Assembly: GCA_964202905.1 (NCBI GenBank)
Contig: CAXNJO010000001.1
Coordinates: 544,001-608,000, forward strand
Length of the DNA stretch: 64,000 nucleotides
From: Polyangiales bacterium
GTDB lineage: Bacteria; Myxococcota_A; Polyangia; Polyangiales; JADJQN01
Reading direction: 5' to 3'
The notes below the pieces were generated by a model. The model did not search any database and had not been told where the DNA came from. It saw only the letters and a program-made list of their open reading frames with translations. Below are positions 59,603 through 64,000 of this stretch, piece after piece (position 1 is the stretch's first letter; each line of letters opens with the position of its first letter). The translations under genes and the position numbers were made by a program.

Positions 59603-61070
59603 ATGAGTCGCCTTGGATTGTGGATGACGTGCGGCGCCCTGATGGTCGCCGGGTTCGGCTGTGGCTCGTCGAAGATCGCGGGCGAGGAGGACATGGGCGG
59701 CATCACCTTCGACGCCGGCCTCGACGCGCGCGTGCCGACGGACGCGACGACGCCCCCGACCGACATGCGCATGCCGACGTGCGGCGACGGCGTGCTCGAC
59801 CCGATGGAGGTCTGCGACGACGGCAACATGGTCGACACCGACGCGTGCACGAACATGTGCCGCCGCAACGAGTCGATGCCGTACTGCGGCGACGGCGACA
59901 CCGAGGCGCCCGAGCAGTGCGACGACGGCGAGAACTTCTCCGGCGACGGCTGCAGCGCCGACTGCCGGATCGAAGAGTGCGGCAACGGCGTCCGCGACGT
60001 GGGCGAGCGCTGCGATCGCACGCCCGGCTGCGGCTGCGCGCCGGGCATGGCCGCGTGCACCGAGGCCGCCTGCGACACGCTCGCGGGCTGCGGCAACGGG
60101 ACGGTCGAGGCGGGTGAGCAGTGCGACCCGACGCCGGCGATGTCGCCCGCGGGCTCGTGGGACGAGGACGGCTGTCAGTCGGACTGCTTCACGCAGCAGT
60201 CGCTGGTCGTCAACTCGCTCAGCATCGACCGCACGATGGGCTGCGACTACTCGGGCGACGGCATGCCGGACAACTCGTTCGGCGCCGCGTTCGGCTCGGC
60301 GCTCGGCCTCCTCAACGGCCAGCTCGAGGACGCGCTCAACAACGGACAGTTCATCCTGCTGCTCTCGATGATCGGGCTCGACAGCGCGACCAGCGATCCG
60401 GGCGTGCGCGTCGGCTGGATCACCGGCAGCGACGGCGACATGAACGCGATGAACAATTTCTCGGGTTCGGCGAACTTCTTCGCGGACGCGGACGCCATCG
60501 GGCCGGATGGTGACCCGGTCACGTCCTTCGGCTCGAGCATCGTCGGCGGGCCGCGTCTCGGGCGGGCCGGAAGACGTCACGCTCCCGATCGCGGGCCTCT
60601 TCCCGCTCGACCTGCGCCAGGGCCGCATCAGCGGCACGGTGATGTCGTCCGGCGGCGACGTGACCGGTGTCACCGCCGGCCTGCTCTGCGGCGCGATCCC
60701 CGTCACGACGATCGCGGGGCTGCCCAACTTCCTCGACATGATCGGCGGCGGCGCGCCGCCCTCGCCGCCCTGCGACGACGCGGTCGCGAGCACGAACCTC
60801 GGCGACGTGCTCCTCGGCGGCAAGACGCTCTTCGGCATCAACATCGGGCCCGCCCAGCCGGACGTCGACCTCGACGGCGACGGCCTCGAGTTCTACGTCA
60901 TCGACGAGAGCGGGCCGTTCGGCTGCCAGGCCGTCGTGACCGCGTGCATCGACGGTGACGGCACGCGGATCGAGGGCCACGACTGCACGAGCGACCGCCG
61001 CATGGCGGATGGCTGGTCGGCGGGCCTGCCGTTCACGGCCGTCGGCGCGAACATCGTCGGCGTGCGCTGA
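59603..61070 (+). CDS. Myxobacterial Cys-rich repeat (DUF4215-like) lipoprotein, apparent frameshift at ~60550
   Basis: Lipobox GFGC; CGDG..E.CDDGN repeats; the frame switches at a GGG run and continues GRVSGGPEDVTL to the stop at 61070. Confidence 0.8.
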
Positions 61071-61104
61071 AGCGAAGGGCGGTTGTGGTAGTTTCGCGCG
61101 CGAC

Positions 61105-62439
61105 ATGCGCTCCGACTCCGCGGCCGACTCTGCCCTGACCGCTCTCGACCAGGCCCACGACCGTTTCATCTCCGGAGACCGCGACGGCGCCCTGCGCCTC
61201 GCGGTCTCTGTGCTCGAGGGGGCCCCGTTCCAGGTGGGCGCGGCCCTGCTCGTCGTGCGCGCGCTCGCCGCGGAGGAGCGCGGGCTCGTCGCGGGGGAGG
61301 CAGCGGCCCGGCTCGTGGATGCGTCGGTGCGCCGGGGCGATCTGCCCTCGGCCGTCGTCGCGGCGCACGCGGTCGCGGCGTGCGGCGAGGACGCGGCGCC
61401 CCACTTCGCGGCGATCGCGGCCGCGTTCGGCAAGGGCAGCGCACGTCTCGCCGACGTCTCGCAGGCGCCGCCCCCGCTCCCGGCGTCGCCCGCCCTCGCG
61501 CCCGCGCTCGCGAAGTTGAAGGCCGATCCGCTGCGCGAGCGCGCGGAGTCGGCGCTCTCGACCTGGCTCGCCGAGGATGACCCCGTCGCCGCGGGGGCCT
61601 CCCTGCCGCGTCTCCCGCTCGTCGGTGCGCTCGACCCGGAGCCGCTCGCGCGCGTGCTCGCGTCGTTCACGGTGCGTGACGTCGCCGCCGGCGCCGAGGT
61701 GCTGCGCCAGGGCGAGGAGGGGCGCGAGGCCTTCATCGTCGTGCGCGGCGCGCTGCGCGTCGTGCGGCGCGGCGAGGAGGGGCGCGACACGCTGCTCGCG
61801 GTCCTCGGACCGGGCGCGATCTTCGGGGAGATGGCGCTCGTCTCGGACTCGCCGCGCGCGGCGGCCGTCGTCGCCATCGAGTCGGCGACGCTGCTCGTCG
61901 CCTCGCGCGAGGTGCTCGAGCAGCTCACGCGCGAGGTGCCCGTGCTCGGCGCGGAACTCTCGTCGTTCTGCCGCGGGCGCATGGTCGCGAACCTCCTGCG
62001 GCACAGCGCGATCCTCCGCGCGGTCGCGCCGGCTTCACGCGGGGACCTGATGGGGCGCTTCGAGACGCGCACGTTCGCGGCCGGCGAGCGGCTCGTCGCG
62101 GCGGGTACCGAGGCGGAGGGGCTCTTTCTCATCGCGAGCGGCACCGTGCGCGTGACGGGCACGGACGCCGAGGGCGACACGCTGCAGCTCGCGCAGCTCG
62201 GCCCCGGCGACGTCGTCGGCGAGATCTCGCTCGTGCTGCGCCGACCGGCGACCGCTGACGTCGTCGCGGAGCACGCGACCATCGCGCTCGAGCTGCGGCG
62301 CGAGCAGTTCCAGGCGGCGATCCGCGAACACCCCGCGCTGCTCGGTGAGCTCTACGAGCTCGCGACGCGCCGCGAGGAGGAGACGCGCTCGGTCGTCGCG
62401 CAAGAGGCGCTCGACGCGAGCGACTTCGTGCTGGTCTAG
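61105..62439 (+). CDS. Tandem cyclic-nucleotide-binding domain protein
   Basis: FGEMALVSDSPRAAAV and VGEISLVLRRPATADV. Confidence 0.9.
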   Translation: MRSDSAADSALTALDQAHDRFISGDRDGALRLAVSVLEGAPFQVGAALLVVRALAAEERGLVAGEAAARLVDASVRRGDLPSAVVAAHAVAACGEDAAPHFAAIAAAFGKGSARLADVSQAPPPLPASPALAPALAKLKADPLRERAESALSTWLAEDDPVAAGASLPRLPLVGALDPEPLARVLASFTVRDVAAGAEVLRQGEEGREAFIVVRGALRVVRRGEEGRDTLLAVLGPGAIFGEMALVSDSPRAAAVVAIESATLLVASREVLEQLTREVPVLGAELSSFCRGRMVANLLRHSAILRAVAPASRGDLMGRFETRTFAAGERLVAAGTEAEGLFLIASGTVRVTGTDAEGDTLQLAQLGPGDVVGEISLVLRRPATADVVAEHATIALELRREQFQAAIREHPALLGELYELATRREEETRSVVAQEALDASDFVLV

Positions 62440-62483
62440 CGGCCGCCGCCCCGCGCGGGGTGCCGTGCTAGCCTCACCGCCCG

Positions 62484-63461
62484 ATGCCGGCCGAAACCAC
62501 GCAGGCGGCCGCCGCCATCGACGTCGCGGCGCGCATCGTGCGCAACGTGGGCCGCGCGCTCGAGGGCAAGCCTGCGACGGTCTCGCTCGCCGTGGTCGCG
62601 CTGCTCGCGCGCGGGCACCTGCTCGTCGAGGACGTACCCGGGGTCGGCAAGACGACGCTCGCGCGGGCGCTGGCGAAGAGCGTCGGCGTCACGTTCCGCA
62701 GGCTCCAGTTCACGAGCGATCTGATGCCCGCGGACGTGCTCGGCGGGAACGTCCTCGAGGCGAGCGCGGGTGGCGCGGCGGGCGCGCGGCTCGTGTTCCG
62801 GCCCGGCCCGGTGTTCACGAACGTGCTGCTCGCGGACGAGATCAACCGCACGACGCCGCGCACGCAGAGCGCGCTGCTCGAGGCGATGGACGAGCGACGC
62901 GTCAGCCTCGACGGTCAGACGCACCCGATCGAGGAGCCGTTCTTCGTCGTCGCGACGCAGAACCCCGAGGAGTTCCACGGCACCTACCCGCTGCCCGAGT
63001 CGCAGCTCGATCGCTTCCTGCTGCGGCTGCGCGTCGGCTATCCGCCGCCCGAGGTCGAGCGGCTCGTGCTCGCCCGGCGCCGCGGCGACGACCCGACAGA
63101 CGCCCTCGAAGCGGTGTGCACGCGCGACGAGCTCCTCGACGCGCAGCGGGCCGTGGACGCGGTGCGCGTCGACGCCGCGGTGCTCGACTACCTGCACGGG
63201 CTCGTGCTCGCGACGCGCAAGACGCCGCTGGTCGAGCTCGGCGTCTCGACGCGCGCGGCGCTCGCGCTCGAGCGGGCGACGCGGGCGCACGCGCTCGTCG
63301 ACGGCCGGACCTTCACGCTGCCGGACGACGTGCGCGCGGTCGCGGTCGCGGTGCTCGCGCACCGCGTGCGGCCCGCGGGAGCGCGGGAAGGGACGGCCAT
63401 CGCCAGAGATGGTGAGCGCGTCGTCCGCGAACTGCTCGCGGAGCTCGCGGTGCCGGTCTGA
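62484..63461 (+). CDS. moxR: MoxR family AAA+ ATPase
   Basis: EDVPGVGKTT, QFTSDLMPAD, ADEINRT and ATQNP..GTYPLPESQLDRF. Confidence 0.95.
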   Translation: MPAETTQAAAAIDVAARIVRNVGRALEGKPATVSLAVVALLARGHLLVEDVPGVGKTTLARALAKSVGVTFRRLQFTSDLMPADVLGGNVLEASAGGAAGARLVFRPGPVFTNVLLADEINRTTPRTQSALLEAMDERRVSLDGQTHPIEEPFFVVATQNPEEFHGTYPLPESQLDRFLLRLRVGYPPPEVERLVLARRRGDDPTDALEAVCTRDELLDAQRAVDAVRVDAAVLDYLHGLVLATRKTPLVELGVSTRAALALERATRAHALVDGRTFTLPDDVRAVAVAVLAHRVRPAGAREGTAIARDGERVVRELLAELAVPV

Positions 63462-63466
63462 CGTCG

Positions 63467-64000
63467 ATGCGCGCCCGGGGCTCGTTCGCGGCCCTCCTCG
63501 ACCGCGGGTCGCGCGTGGGTGGGGCGCGCATCGGCTGGCGCACGACGCGCGAGGGCAAGGTCTTCTTCCTCGTGACCGTCGGCGTCGGCGTCGCGGCCGT
63601 GAACACCGGCAACAACCTGCTCTTTCTCGTGCTTGGTTTTCTGCTCGCGTTGACCATCCTCAGCGGTGTCATGAGCGAGCTGGTGCTCAGCCGCGTGCGG
63701 GTCGAGCGCCACCTGCCGGAGCGCGCGTTCGTCGGGCAGGTCGCGCTGATCGAGCTCGCGCTGCGCAACGGCAAGGCCCGCCTCGAGAGCTACTCGCTCG
63801 AGGTCGAGGACGTCGTCACCGGCGCGCCGACGGAGCGCCGCTGCTACTTCCTGAAGGTCGCGCCCGGGGGCGAGCAGGTCGCGGCCTACCGCAGGACACC
63901 GACGCAGCGCGGGATGATGCGGCTCGATGGGTACCGCGTCGCGACTCGCTATCCATTTGGGATCATTGAGAAATCTCGCTCATGGGATGCGCCGGGCGAG
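63467..64000 (+). CDS. DUF58 family protein (runs off the window end)
   Basis: TREGKVFF...AAVNTGNNLLFLV and TRYPFG; directly follows moxR. Confidence 0.85.
   Translation, partial: MRARGSFAALLDRGSRVGGARIGWRTTREGKVFFLVTVGVGVAAVNTGNNLLFLVLGFLLALTILSGVMSELVLSRVRVERHLPERAFVGQVALIELALRNGKARLESYSLEVEDVVTGAPTERRCYFLKVAPGGEQVAAYRRTPTQRGMMRLDGYRVATRYPFGIIEKSRSWDAPGE

Noticed and set aside
1..64000. Very long Arg/Ala/Pro-rich ORFs (e.g. 10440-13868 -, 21595-25941 -, 31239-35123 +, 52939-57336 -)
   Set aside because: They are antisense or off-frame shadows of real genes, expected at this GC content, and carry no domain motifs.
62484..64000. MoxR-DUF58 as a novel system
   Set aside because: This is a common, well-described gene arrangement.

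Overview
This is very GC-rich, gene-dense bacterial chromosomal DNA, most likely Myxococcota (Polyangiales/Sandaracinaceae-like). The evidence is TIGR02266-type PilZ, PEGA-bearing Ser/Thr kinases, myxobacterial Cys-rich repeat lipoproteins and a TonB_C-fused TonB-dependent receptor. About 54 coding regions are supportable. Housekeeping genes include ychF, lgt, aroE, xseA, folK, a DinG-type helicase and MoxR-DUF58. A phosphate operon (phoB-phoR-pstS-pstC-pstB-phoU) lacks pstA, has a candidate triple Pho box, and is followed by a TonB-dependent receptor plus lipoprotein. There are several signalling proteins, including a kinase-ATPase-TPR gene coupled to a patatin, and a GH5 endoglycoceramidase-like lipoprotein. 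The most unusual part is a lower-GC accessory patch (~43.2-48.8 kb). It holds a decayed HEPN/MNT toxin-antitoxin pair, orphan Cys-rich exported proteins, and an intact orphan gene with uracil-DNA-glycosylase-superfamily (Brig1-like) motifs that is divergent from an XRE regulator across a palindromic operator; this is a candidate anti-phage module. I found no rRNA, tRNA, CRISPR array, integrase or transposase. Several single-base frameshifts in short homopolymers suggest consensus indel errors, so pseudogene calls are tentative. All family calls come from motif recognition by eye, not database searches.
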